Below, piece by piece: positions 17,778 to 26,877 of a stretch of DNA of 32,000 nt. Position numbers and translations under genes: made by a program. Within the stretch, counting starts at the first letter, position 1, and the number at the start of each line of letters is the position of its first letter. The notes beneath the pieces were generated by a model that saw only the letters and a program-made list of their open reading frames with translations, was not told where the DNA came from and ran no database searches. This stretch comes from Candidatus Baldrarchaeota archaeon. GTDB taxonomy: Archaea > Asgardarchaeota > Baldrarchaeia > Baldrarchaeales > DXJG01. The DNA lies in the NCBI GenBank assembly GCA_019056805.1, contig DXJG01000001.1, positions 90,001 through 122,000 on the forward strand. Direction: 5' to 3'.

Positions 17778-17877
17778 CGTATACAAGCCCCTATACGTTA
17801 ATTGTAACAAACCTTGTAAAGATACGATTTAGTTCAATATGTAACTCACATATTTATTTTTGCACTACGTATACGTA
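17778..17877. promoter_or_regulatory. Cluster of inverted repeats in the divergent NTase/DUF166 spacer
   Basis: CGTATA-N8-TATACG (17778-17797), AATATGT-N5-ACATATT (17836-17854), and perfect palindrome TACGTATACGTA (17866-17877). Confidence 0.45.
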
Positions 17878-17958
17878 CACGATAAGTGATTATAGACGAA
17901 AATTTTAAGTTAATAGCTTTTACCATTTAATTTAATTTCTAAATGTTGCGGTGATTCC

Positions 17959-18666
17959 ATGAAGATATTCATTATTACAATAGCTAATGATCCATGGAGT
18001 GATCGGATAATTAACAATATTCGTACTAGAGGACCAAGGTCTTGGACCTACGACATATATAAATATCAAACTATACCCCCAATCGAAGAATTACTAGACA
18101 TACGAGAAAAATATTTACCAACAAAAATGCCCGAGTGTGATTTAATACTTTCCCTCGGATTACCCGCAGATCTAGTTCTTCTTTTACCGCTAATAGCCAA
18201 AAAGTGCAAAGCGAAAGCAGCAATTGTACCAGTTGATGACCCTGAATGGATCCCGTTAGGAGTACAAAAACAACTTAGAAAGGAACTTTCCGAAATCGGC
18301 GTTGACTCGGTTTTCCCTAAACCTTTTTGTTCACTCAAGGCGACTAGTCGAAACCAGTATATTAGCGAATTTACAAAATATTTTGGCTATCCCCTTCTTG
18401 AAATTAAAATATCAAATAATTTAATTGTAGAGGTTAAAGTGAAACGTGGAGCACCATGTGGATCAACTTGGTATATTGCTGAAAAACTAATTAATACTAG
18501 AATTCAAGACGCAGAATATAGAGCAGGACTTGAACACCACAACTACCCATGCCTAGCTTCTAGAAAAATTGATTCACTAATTAAAGATTCTATTATGCAC
18601 CTAGCTGGATATCACATCAAAAATGTAGTTAAGAATGTCCTAGAAATCATTAAAAAAGAAAAATAA
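17959..18666 (+). CDS. DUF166 (COG1810-like) family protein
   Basis: PKPFCSL, VKRGAPCGSTW and HHNYPCLAS conserved blocks. Confidence 0.8.
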   Translation: MKIFIITIANDPWSDRIINNIRTRGPRSWTYDIYKYQTIPPIEELLDIREKYLPTKMPECDLILSLGLPADLVLLLPLIAKKCKAKAAIVPVDDPEWIPLGVQKQLRKELSEIGVDSVFPKPFCSLKATSRNQYISEFTKYFGYPLLEIKISNNLIVEVKVKRGAPCGSTWYIAEKLINTRIQDAEYRAGLEHHNYPCLASRKIDSLIKDSIMHLAGYHIKNVVKNVLEIIKKEK

Positions 18667-18812
18667 TGCTTTAAATCAGAATTTTAGAAAATTTGAACTT
18701 TAATATTTGGATGTTTTAGGTTTACCTCAAAATGATAAAGGTTTATTTAGGGGACGTATCTCTCTATTGGGGAGGAAGATATTGAGAAATACAGATACAA
18801 GGAGAGAGTAAA

Positions 18813-19580
18813 ATGACTTTTACTATAGCTATAACTGGAAAAGGTGGTACTGGGAAAACAACGGTTGCTGCATTGTTAATAAACTTTTTCCGTAAAAATT
18901 TTGAAGGTCCTATACTAGCCATTGATGCTGATCCAAATAACAATCTACATGAGGCTTTGGGATTAAATGTAAGTAAAACGGTTGGAGATATTCGTGAAGA
19001 AATTTTACAAAGTGAAAAATACTCCTCTCCCAGTATGTCAAAGGAAGGTTACCTCGAATACCTAATTTATGGTGAAGTTGTGGTTGAAGCGAATGGTTTT
19101 GACTTTATAGCTATGGGTAGACCTGAGGGCCCAGGATGCTACTGTTATGTAAATCATCTTTTAAGAAAAATTATAGACAATTTAGCGAGGAACTATCGTT
19201 TCATTATAATGGATACAGAGGCTGGTCTTGAACATATAAGTCGAAGAACAACCAGAGATATCGATGTTATGCTTATAACAACCGATACAAGTATAAGAAG
19301 TTTAAGAACAGCTAAGCGGATAAGAGATTTAGCTATAAGTTTAGAAACAAAAACAAAGAATTTCTATGTAGTGGTAAATAGAGCGTCTCAAGACATGTTA
19401 CCCCTAATACTTGAAGAATTAAATAAAATGAATCTAAAATTGATAGGGGTAATTCCAGAAGATCCACTTGTTCTAGAATACGATTTTAAAGGAAAACCTT
19501 TAATCGGCCTTCCCCCACACTCACCAGCAATCCAGGCTGTGGCAGATATAGTAGAAAAACTAAAACCGCTCATCCAATAA
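18813..19580 (+). CDS. cooC: CooC-family nickel-insertion ATPase, AcsF/CooC2-like
   Basis: GKGGTGKT, DADPN, MGRPEGPGCYC, DTEAGLEHISR. Confidence 0.9.
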   Translation: MTFTIAITGKGGTGKTTVAALLINFFRKNFEGPILAIDADPNNNLHEALGLNVSKTVGDIREEILQSEKYSSPSMSKEGYLEYLIYGEVVVEANGFDFIAMGRPEGPGCYCYVNHLLRKIIDNLARNYRFIIMDTEAGLEHISRRTTRDIDVMLITTDTSIRSLRTAKRIRDLAISLETKTKNFYVVVNRASQDMLPLILEELNKMNLKLIGVIPEDPLVLEYDFKGKPLIGLPPHSPAIQAVADIVEKLKPLIQ

Positions 19581-19611
19581 CTAGTGTTAAAATTAAAAAG
19601 AAATAATATTA

Positions 19612-21042
19612 TTATTGTTTTTCTCCAAAAACTTCCTGTTTCCAGATTTTTTCTAGGAACTGTTTAATATCTGCGGAGTCTCGGGGACCTACGAAGACTC
19701 TCCAGTCTTTTAAAAGATCTTCTAGTTCTCCACTAAGTCGTGCTGCATATCCAGGAATTATGACAGTTTTATGTTGTACTTTTTCCATCGCGCCCGAAGA
19801 AACCATGGTTTCATAAATATTCTCTGCTGTTAACTTCTTACCTGCTACTGCTGACTGTACACTGGTCCCCTCGGTATCAACAACCACCAGCCATGCATCT
19901 ATCTTGTTTCTTTCAACATCATCCTTAACAATGTAATATGTTAAGGCAAAGTTCGCGGTAACCAGCAGTGGTGACATCTCATTAGGTTTACCTATTTCAT
20001 ACAATCCAGGCTTTACTGATGGAGGAACTCTGGGATCTGTATATACACAATCTCTCCATACTATTACTGGTAAAATCGGCCAAACATCAATGGAATGAAG
20101 TATAAGGATATCGGCATACCTTGACATTAGTGAAGATGCGACTATAGATTCCATAAGCCTTTTTTCATCATCATTTCCATCAAAGAGCGACCATACAGCT
20201 GCTGGAACTCCAAGCAAAGGATAGCCGACATCAGAGTCTTCTCCCTCTATTGCAGCATACCTTAAAACACTGAACATACTGATGGTGTCTAAAATAGTTC
20301 CTCCATCAACAAAAGTCCCTGGATCAAGTACAAAGTCGTCAAGGTTATAGTATTTTTTAATCGATACCGTTAAGGATTTTAGGAGTGAAAGATCTCCAGG
20401 GGCTGATACCACTAGTGGACATTTGTATTTCGAGGAAAGTTCTGCCATTTCTTTCCAGTTTTGTTTATTAGCAGCATAAATAAGAGGTTTTTTATCACCA
20501 GCTATTGTTAAAGCTTCCTCAAGAACAGTAGGATTGTAAGAGCATAAAACCAGAGGAAGTTGAGTGTGCTTTAATACAGTGGAGACGGCGGTTGAAAACT
20601 TTTTCGAATCATCGGATACACATCTTACAGCGATCCCATCAAGTTTAAGTTCCCTTCCAATTCTGATGAAACTAAAGTCATTTACAAATTTTACTCTCTT
20701 AATTAACTCTTCTTCTTCCATTTCATCATGAACATCAATCATTAATGCCGTGGGATGTCGCCAAGTGAGCTCATGCCTGTACATTACATCTTTTCCGCCA
20801 ATAGTTATAGCATTGGGTGGAATTCCTATTGTAACTTCTTTGACAGGAGATCTTAAAACTTCTAGAAGCGCCTTTAATTTTTTACCGTACTTTGGTTCAG
20901 ATAGGGGAGTACACTTTTCAACGCTTACTTGTCTTTCAATAAGTTTTGCAGCAAAAGCCATACAACTACTTTCACCGCATTCGCCACAATTTGTTTGAGG
21001 GAGGTATTTGTATACATCAAGAGGTCTCAAAATTTTTGGCAT
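19612..21042 (-). CDS. cdhE: ACDS complex gamma subunit (corrinoid Fe-S protein, large subunit)
   Basis: LPQTNCGECGESSCMAFA...KCTPL Fe-S motif; YTDPRVP; TANFALTY; IIPGYAA; VGPRDS. Confidence 0.96.
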   Translation of the reverse strand: MPKILRPLDVYKYLPQTNCGECGESSCMAFAAKLIERQVSVEKCTPLSEPKYGKKLKALLEVLRSPVKEVTIGIPPNAITIGGKDVMYRHELTWRHPTALMIDVHDEMEEEELIKRVKFVNDFSFIRIGRELKLDGIAVRCVSDDSKKFSTAVSTVLKHTQLPLVLCSYNPTVLEEALTIAGDKKPLIYAANKQNWKEMAELSSKYKCPLVVSAPGDLSLLKSLTVSIKKYYNLDDFVLDPGTFVDGGTILDTISMFSVLRYAAIEGEDSDVGYPLLGVPAAVWSLFDGNDDEKRLMESIVASSLMSRYADILILHSIDVWPILPVIVWRDCVYTDPRVPPSVKPGLYEIGKPNEMSPLLVTANFALTYYIVKDDVERNKIDAWLVVVDTEGTSVQSAVAGKKLTAENIYETMVSSGAMEKVQHKTVIIPGYAARLSGELEDLLKDWRVFVGPRDSADIKQFLEKIWKQEVFGEKQ

Positions 21043-21053
21043 GCTTAATCCTC

Positions 21054-22367
21054 CTAATACTTGGCTTCAACCCATTTTTCATAGGGAATTTCGCTTAACG
21101 GTTTTCTAACCTTTTGCAACGCTTCAGCAAATGTCTTAGCAATTTTCATTGCAAGTGGATGCATCATCATGAAGAGGTCAGCTCCAGCCAACATACAAAC
21201 GATAGCAGTAGTAGCTTCCCACAATGGGCCTCTAAGTTCTCTTGGTCCCCACTCTTCGACTTTCATCCATGCTTCTCTAGCAGCCCAAGCATTAGTAGCA
21301 GCACAACTCATAGGTACTTGAAGAATTTCTTCCCCCATTAAGGCTGCAAGTCTGATACGTTCCATGACGCTGAAGGAGTATTCTATACCGTAACCTAAGG
21401 CTCCAGTTGTAGGATCGAGAATCAGTTGATTTTTGGGTAATCCAGCTTCAAGAATTTTTCTTGAAAGTTCTTTTGCTTGGTTTATATCCATGAAAGCTAA
21501 TGCAATAGCATTTTGTCCATGCTTCACTAGAGGTTCAACAGCTTTTGGAATATCCATATCCAATGTAATAGAAGCAAATACCAGCTTTTCCCCTTCCGTA
21601 GCTTTTGCAATTTCACGAAAGATGTCAATATCCTTCTCAGGATTCCCAGAACCACCAACTATAATCGGTTCATCAATAGCTTGTAGTACATCTTCCACGG
21701 TTCTTCTTGCTTCACTAGGAGGTGTGTCTTTGATACCGGGGTCTGTACTTACAAGATGAACAGAAACTAAGTCAGCTTTATATGTTTCTATGCATTTCTT
21801 AGCCCATGCAACTGGATCTTCTAGTACGTCAGCATAAGAACGCTTAACCGGACCAGCTAATGTTGGCCGCATATCAAATACGTCTAATGCAAATAAGGGT
21901 CGATTAATCGATGTTTCCTGAAATAGGAACATAGGAGGAGTGGAATAACCTCCAAGTTTATATGTAACGCCTCTAGAACCTCCTTCGCTCTTTGTAGCTC
22001 CAAGTTGAACTTCAGCAATCTTGCTTGTGTAAGGTAATTGTGGATACTTAAAAGGTATCGACAAAAGTTCAACAACTTTTGGTGGCGCTGGAGCAGCCGG
22101 AGTTACAGGTGGCACTCCTAAAACTCGCAAACCTTGTGGAGAAGCTTCAACAAGAAACTCTATTTTTCCTGTCGCTCCTGGCATAACTGGCTCCAGAGAT
22201 AATTTAAATAATTCTGGTCTTCCTGGAGCAGCTGCTGGTACAATTTCAATCGCAAATTCCTCCGCATCTATCGTTACATCCTCTAACTCTACGTTATCAG
22301 TTTCAGAAAGTAGTTTCAAAAGGTCAATTACTATTTTTTCATTTTCTTCCTTTTTTTCTTCCTTCAT
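21054..22367 (-). CDS. cdhD: ACDS complex delta subunit (corrinoid Fe-S protein, small subunit)
   Basis: EVQLGATKSEGGSR, IIVGGSGNPEKD, DPTTGALGYGIEY, AWAAREAW, GADLFMMMHP; GGAGG SD 7 nt before the ATG. Confidence 0.96.
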   Translation of the reverse strand: MKEEKKEENEKIVIDLLKLLSETDNVELEDVTIDAEEFAIEIVPAAAPGRPELFKLSLEPVMPGATGKIEFLVEASPQGLRVLGVPPVTPAAPAPPKVVELLSIPFKYPQLPYTSKIAEVQLGATKSEGGSRGVTYKLGGYSTPPMFLFQETSINRPLFALDVFDMRPTLAGPVKRSYADVLEDPVAWAKKCIETYKADLVSVHLVSTDPGIKDTPPSEARRTVEDVLQAIDEPIIVGGSGNPEKDIDIFREIAKATEGEKLVFASITLDMDIPKAVEPLVKHGQNAIALAFMDINQAKELSRKILEAGLPKNQLILDPTTGALGYGIEYSFSVMERIRLAALMGEEILQVPMSCAATNAWAAREAWMKVEEWGPRELRGPLWEATTAIVCMLAGADLFMMMHPLAMKIAKTFAEALQKVRKPLSEIPYEKWVEAKY

Positions 22368-22506
22368 GGGAGGCCTCCAGAGGCTTTATTATAACCTTTT
22401 CTGCTTGAATCTCCACTCCTTCTAATTCTAAAGTTACATTTTGCTGCAAAATTTTTGACAGAAATGAAACAATGTCAATTTCCTTTGATTTATTGGATGA
22501 AGTCAC
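22339..22506 (-). CDS. Unannotated 55-aa microprotein homologous to the CdhD N-terminal module
   Basis: GTG 22506 to TGA 22339 gives MTSSNKSKEIDIVSFLSKILQQNVTLELEGVEIQAEKVIIKPLEASHEGRKKGRK. Gap-free 15/40 identity to CdhD residues 1-40; fills the 145-bp cdhC-cdhD gap; purine-rich GAGGGGAAGTGA upstream. Confidence 0.75.
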   Translation of the reverse strand: MTSSNKSKEIDIVSFLSKILQQNVTLELEGVEIQAEKVIIKPLEASHEGRKKGRK

Positions 22507-22512
22507 TGTGAA

Positions 22513-23946
22513 TCACTTCCCCTCGGTTTTCTTAATTATAACCTTGTTTATGTGAATTTTTGCGCCCTTTAGAATTATCTTTATCCCACCAGCTGGAACA
22601 GCTTGGCCAGCAACAGGAAGAGCTGTGGGCAATGATACTTGTGGAATACCTATAGTTGTGGGTTGTTCAGGTACAGCGGCAGCTTCTTCAGCAGCTGCTT
22701 CTTCAGCAGCTGCAGCTTCCATTTCACGGATTTTCTCAGCTACTGGATGGTTTTTCTCAAGCAGGAACTTTTTCAACTCTTCTATATTAGTTGCGTCTTT
22801 TTCTGTCGCTATTTTGTCTACCAATTCTTCCGGTATAGCATCCTTTACTCGCATTTTTAGTTCTTCAGGCATCCATACAACTCTATTCCAACCGCCATCA
22901 GCATAGAAGAACTTTCTAGATCGCATATACTCGATTCCTATTCCCAAGAATCCTTCTGTTTGTATTCCACCACCCGTTTGAGCTGCCATAGATGAGAATG
23001 GTAATCCGTTTACAGCCTCTCCTCTGAAACCTCGATGTACAATTCCTATACCATCAACTTCTGGTATATAGAAAGCTATACATTCAAAGCATCCGCACGA
23101 TGTATGAGGATATTCAAACATACTGTAAAGGTAAACTCTTTTTACTGATCCAAGTGATCGTTGTGCAACTACTTCGTTTATACCACTCCATTCACCTTTA
23201 ACAGGGTCTAAACATTCACCTTTTGGAATTGGAAAGTTTGGTCCCTTTGGATCTATATTAGCTGAAGCTCTTGCGTCAAGCCAGGTTAGAGAACCGCAAA
23301 GCGATATTCTTTCCGGCGTGATTACACAAACATGCGTTGGTGCAAACGATTGACAAAGTACACAACCGTAGAACATATCAACTTCTTCGTCTTTTAGTCC
23401 TCTAACTCGGGCATCTCTGGCTTCATATACCTGCATTGCTTCTTCAAATTTCTTGGCTACCTCATCTGGATCTGTTATAAAGGTTACCTGCATTTTTTCT
23501 ATGTAGGGCATTTCAGCTTTGAATAGTTTAATTAGTGCCATACCCCACCATTTTAGAGAATCTAGACCCTTCTTTACAGATTTTTTAGCGATTCTTATCC
23601 AGATATCGTATCTCTGGTTTAAGTGCATTATACCTTCGATGTAGTTTGTGTACATGTGGATACGTCGTTCAACGACTCCTTCGAGATCTGTTTCAAGTTT
23701 TGGTCCTGCAATTTCTATAAGTATGCCTAGTGGGTAGCTTCCCCCTTCTTTTAAATCTTTTAAATCTGGTCCAATGATTTGTACTTTTTCATCCTCTACT
23801 TCATCCATAGACCTTACTCGTACAAGTTCAAATTTGTGTTCTACTTTTGGTCCGCCAAATTCAAGGTACATATCATCTCTTCTTATTCTTTGCCCTTCAA
23901 AAGCTGGACTTATTTCAATAGGGAAACCAGCAAATGCTGATGACAT
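22513..23946 (-). CDS. cdhC: ACDS complex beta subunit (acetyl-CoA synthase)
   Basis: FEGQRIRR, FYGCVLCQSFAPTHVC, RISLCG and HTSCGCFE A-cluster motifs; C-terminal Ala/Glu linker. Confidence 0.97.
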   Translation of the reverse strand: MSSAFAGFPIEISPAFEGQRIRRDDMYLEFGGPKVEHKFELVRVRSMDEVEDEKVQIIGPDLKDLKEGGSYPLGILIEIAGPKLETDLEGVVERRIHMYTNYIEGIMHLNQRYDIWIRIAKKSVKKGLDSLKWWGMALIKLFKAEMPYIEKMQVTFITDPDEVAKKFEEAMQVYEARDARVRGLKDEEVDMFYGCVLCQSFAPTHVCVITPERISLCGSLTWLDARASANIDPKGPNFPIPKGECLDPVKGEWSGINEVVAQRSLGSVKRVYLYSMFEYPHTSCGCFECIAFYIPEVDGIGIVHRGFRGEAVNGLPFSSMAAQTGGGIQTEGFLGIGIEYMRSRKFFYADGGWNRVVWMPEELKMRVKDAIPEELVDKIATEKDATNIEELKKFLLEKNHPVAEKIREMEAAAAEEAAAEEAAAVPEQPTTIGIPQVSLPTALPVAGQAVPAGGIKIILKGAKIHINKVIIKKTEGK

Positions 23947-23957
23947 TTTTTACCCTC

Positions 23958-24503
23958 CTAATCTTTTTTCTTTTCTTCTTTTAGAGTTTTCATTAAAATG
24001 TTAAGATTTTCAATCCAATCTTTCTCAGACAAATTCTGGAATGACCATGTAGCGTTAGGGTGATAATATCTGTCAAGAGATAGAGTTCTTATTTGTGGCG
24101 CAAAGTTCTTTAAACATGAAAGCAATTGTGATTGCAATTGATACGTGATTCCAACATATACCACTATGTCATGTGGTTTTGAACCATCAAGACTCCATTC
24201 AGGGTCTCTTAACCTATCGGTGATTTCTATAGCACCCATCGATAATGCGGGTTCTACGCCACGTTCTAAAAAGGCACTTAATGTGCTAGAAGTAGCGACA
24301 ATGGGAATTTTAGCGACCTCAGCAATTTCAATAACATAGTCTAAGAGGAGTTTCTCTCCAACTTTAACCTTTAAAGCTTCTGCTCCAACTATTATTAATG
24401 GATTTTTAGCCTTTTTTAACAGTTTTCCCGCTACTTCCCCAGTTAGTTTTAAAGCCGTTTTTGGTCCTGGAACATTACCCAACTGCCAAGGAGTAATGGA
24501 CAT
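23958..24503 (-). CDS. cdhB: ACDS complex epsilon subunit
   Basis: PWQLGNVPGPK, KKAKNPLIIVG, DRLRDPEW, and LDRYYHPNATWSF; operon position. Confidence 0.93.
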   Translation of the reverse strand: MSITPWQLGNVPGPKTALKLTGEVAGKLLKKAKNPLIIVGAEALKVKVGEKLLLDYVIEIAEVAKIPIVATSSTLSAFLERGVEPALSMGAIEITDRLRDPEWSLDGSKPHDIVVYVGITYQLQSQLLSCLKNFAPQIRTLSLDRYYHPNATWSFQNLSEKDWIENLNILMKTLKEEKKKD

Positions 24504-24516
24504 AGTTGTTCACCCC

Positions 24517-26877
24517 CTACTTTTTAACCCTTATTAAACGTTCTAGTAGGGTTGGGTCAACCACGGGTTTTTCCCAAGGTTCCCAGCCAACTTCTTTCAG
24601 ATATTCCATAATTTCTCCTTTGAAAGTAATAGGAATATCAGCCTCTGTTCGAATGAACATGTGCAGATCATCTGGTAGTCGCCTGTAATATTTCTTATAT
24701 AACTCAACATAGTGAGTCAATTTTATCATTCTACCCTTAGTTGTATCATTTGGTCTTAGACAAAGTTTAGCAGTCATAACAATAGCCTCTTCGCGAGTCT
24801 CGGCTACATAAACTAAATGTTCAGGTGCGGGACCAACCCAAACTCTATCACCAGTTCTTGCATCGTATACTGTGAAACTTTCTCTATCCTCCCTCCGACC
24901 GAGATACAATCGTCTATATTTAGCACCCTGAGGACCAACAATTACAGGTACGCCAAGTCTATTAAAGCCAGTAGCTATCGATGCAGCTTTTTGTGACATG
25001 GCACCCCAAGCAACTCCACAAGCACCAACCCTATTCAAAACATAATCCGCAATTTCTTCATAATTGGCCCTTAATGGACGCCTTGCGAAGATATTAGCTA
25101 TTTTGATGGCCGCACCAGCTATGTGAGCATTAGCTACACATGATCCAACATTTACAAGCCCCCCAGCATCGAAAGCCCCAGAATATTCCTCATACAATGT
25201 TTTTCCTTCTTCCGTTCTATACATGGCTATGCTCATAGCTGAACAGCCTGAAACCGTAACAATGAATCTTCTTCTTAAGAATTCTTCAGCCATTATTGCA
25301 ACGTCACGTCCACCTTCGGGGTAATTAGCACATCCAACATAAGCTACTACACCTGGAATTTCACCAAAAACTATTGGTGAACCAACTTCTCTAATTTCAG
25401 TATCAAGAATAGGGCCTCTACCTACCCTTATCTTGTATCGCTCCGTCTTTATTTTTAATTCAGCAGCACTTACGATTAAGCTATGAATTGGAATATCCCT
25501 TGGACATTCACTTTCACAACGAGCACAACCCAAACAATAATCATAAAGTTCTGCTAATTTATCGAAATTACCTTGTCTTGCAGCAAATACCGCTTCATCT
25601 GTTGGTAGATCGATCGGGCAATTTCTTCTACACCTACCACATTTCGTACATTTCTCTGCTACTTTCTTTAAGTCAGCTTTGTCAGGTAAGGACTTAAACT
25701 TCTTTCTAATAGGTGCAATTCTCAATGCGGTTAATACTGCTACAGCTCCAGCCTTTTCTAAATCAAGTATCAAAACACCAGGGTATTTTCCAGAAACCAA
25801 TGCGTCAACTATTTCCTCTACGGGTTTATTAGTCATATCGGGTAATCCATGACATGCTTTATCGGATGTAGCGATGACAGGTGTTTTTACACGCTGAGCT
25901 TCTGAAAGAACCATTATATGAATACATTGTTCATCAAGAATTAGCACATCAGCAGCTCCAGACCTAATGAAGCGAATTTGATGTGAAATTGGACCAACTA
26001 TCTTAGCTTGTTCATCATACCGCGTTAAGTCATGAGCGGTACAACATAATCCTAGAACTTCTATTGTCTCTCCAGGTCTTCCAAGACCATTCTTTTTCAT
26101 AAAATCTATTATTTCTACACCACTGGAGACGTTATGACCTATACAAAGAATCACGGGTTTTGTCGTGTCAGCAAGCCCCATACCAACTTCCGTCAATGGG
26201 GCGTCAGGTTTTCCTTTTGGAAAATTATATGTAATTATTTGAGCTACATCTGCAACTTCCATTGCTAAGTGATCTAACATACCTAGATGAAGACTCTTTG
26301 ACTCAAAATCTAAATAACTACCTTCTTGCCCTGTATGTGCTGCAGCCAGTGTCTGGACAATCTGTTCTTCTACATATTTTAATATGTAAGAGAGATCTCC
26401 AAGTGTTTTTGGTTTAATTCCTGTGATCAGTCTGCTTATTGGCATTTCAACATAGATGTCCGACCCTAGGTCTATTGGCCAGTTTTCACCATATTTTTCA
26501 ATTAGATGATCTACTAGGTGTCTTGCATGACTCGTGTGTGTTGAAGCCCCTATGGCACATGCTATTAATACTATTCGTCCTTGTTGAGCGCCTATGTCAA
26601 GTCCGCATGCTCCCCTCTTACCAGCGGTTAAATCACATTTTCCATAAGTGCAAAGGCAACATAAATCGCAAAAGGGCATATAAAAAGGCCTATAACGTTT
26701 TAATAATTTCATATCCCATTCTCTAAGAGTGGTTATTTTTGGCATAGGTGTAGGTCCCATAGGTTCCCATTCTTCTTCCATAGCAAGACGGCCAATAGCA
26801 ATTTCAATATCTTCAAGTGAAATTCCACTACCTTTAAGAGATTTTACCGAGAATTTTATTGGTCCCTTTTCAACCAC
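24517..26877 (-). CDS. cdhA: ACDS complex alpha subunit (archaeal Ni-CO dehydrogenase)
   Basis: CDLCCLCTYGKC, CIGHN, LCCTAHD, DEQC, two internal CxxCxxCxxxCP ferredoxin motifs, VGCAN, VGSCVANAH. Confidence 0.97.
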   Translation of the reverse strand: MVEKGPIKFSVKSLKGSGISLEDIEIAIGRLAMEEEWEPMGPTPMPKITTLREWDMKLLKRYRPFYMPFCDLCCLCTYGKCDLTAGKRGACGLDIGAQQGRIVLIACAIGASTHTSHARHLVDHLIEKYGENWPIDLGSDIYVEMPISRLITGIKPKTLGDLSYILKYVEEQIVQTLAAAHTGQEGSYLDFESKSLHLGMLDHLAMEVADVAQIITYNFPKGKPDAPLTEVGMGLADTTKPVILCIGHNVSSGVEIIDFMKKNGLGRPGETIEVLGLCCTAHDLTRYDEQAKIVGPISHQIRFIRSGAADVLILDEQCIHIMVLSEAQRVKTPVIATSDKACHGLPDMTNKPVEEIVDALVSGKYPGVLILDLEKAGAVAVLTALRIAPIRKKFKSLPDKADLKKVAEKCTKCGRCRRNCPIDLPTDEAVFAARQGNFDKLAELYDYCLGCARCESECPRDIPIHSLIVSAAELKIKTERYKIRVGRGPILDTEIREVGSPIVFGEIPGVVAYVGCANYPEGGRDVAIMAEEFLRRRFIVTVSGCSAMSIAMYRTEEGKTLYEEYSGAFDAGGLVNVGSCVANAHIAGAAIKIANIFARRPLRANYEEIADYVLNRVGACGVAWGAMSQKAASIATGFNRLGVPVIVGPQGAKYRRLYLGRREDRESFTVYDARTGDRVWVGPAPEHLVYVAETREEAIVMTAKLCLRPNDTTKGRMIKLTHYVELYKKYYRRLPDDLHMFIRTEADIPITFKGEIMEYLKEVGWEPWEKPVVDPTLLERLIRVKK

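Noticed and set aside
22513-22515. Selenocysteine decoding of the cdhC TGA into the in-frame microprotein
   Set aside because: The context (TEGK*FT) is not a Cys-equivalent catalytic position and I see no SECIS-like element. Plain read-through is kept only as an alternative in the microprotein finding.
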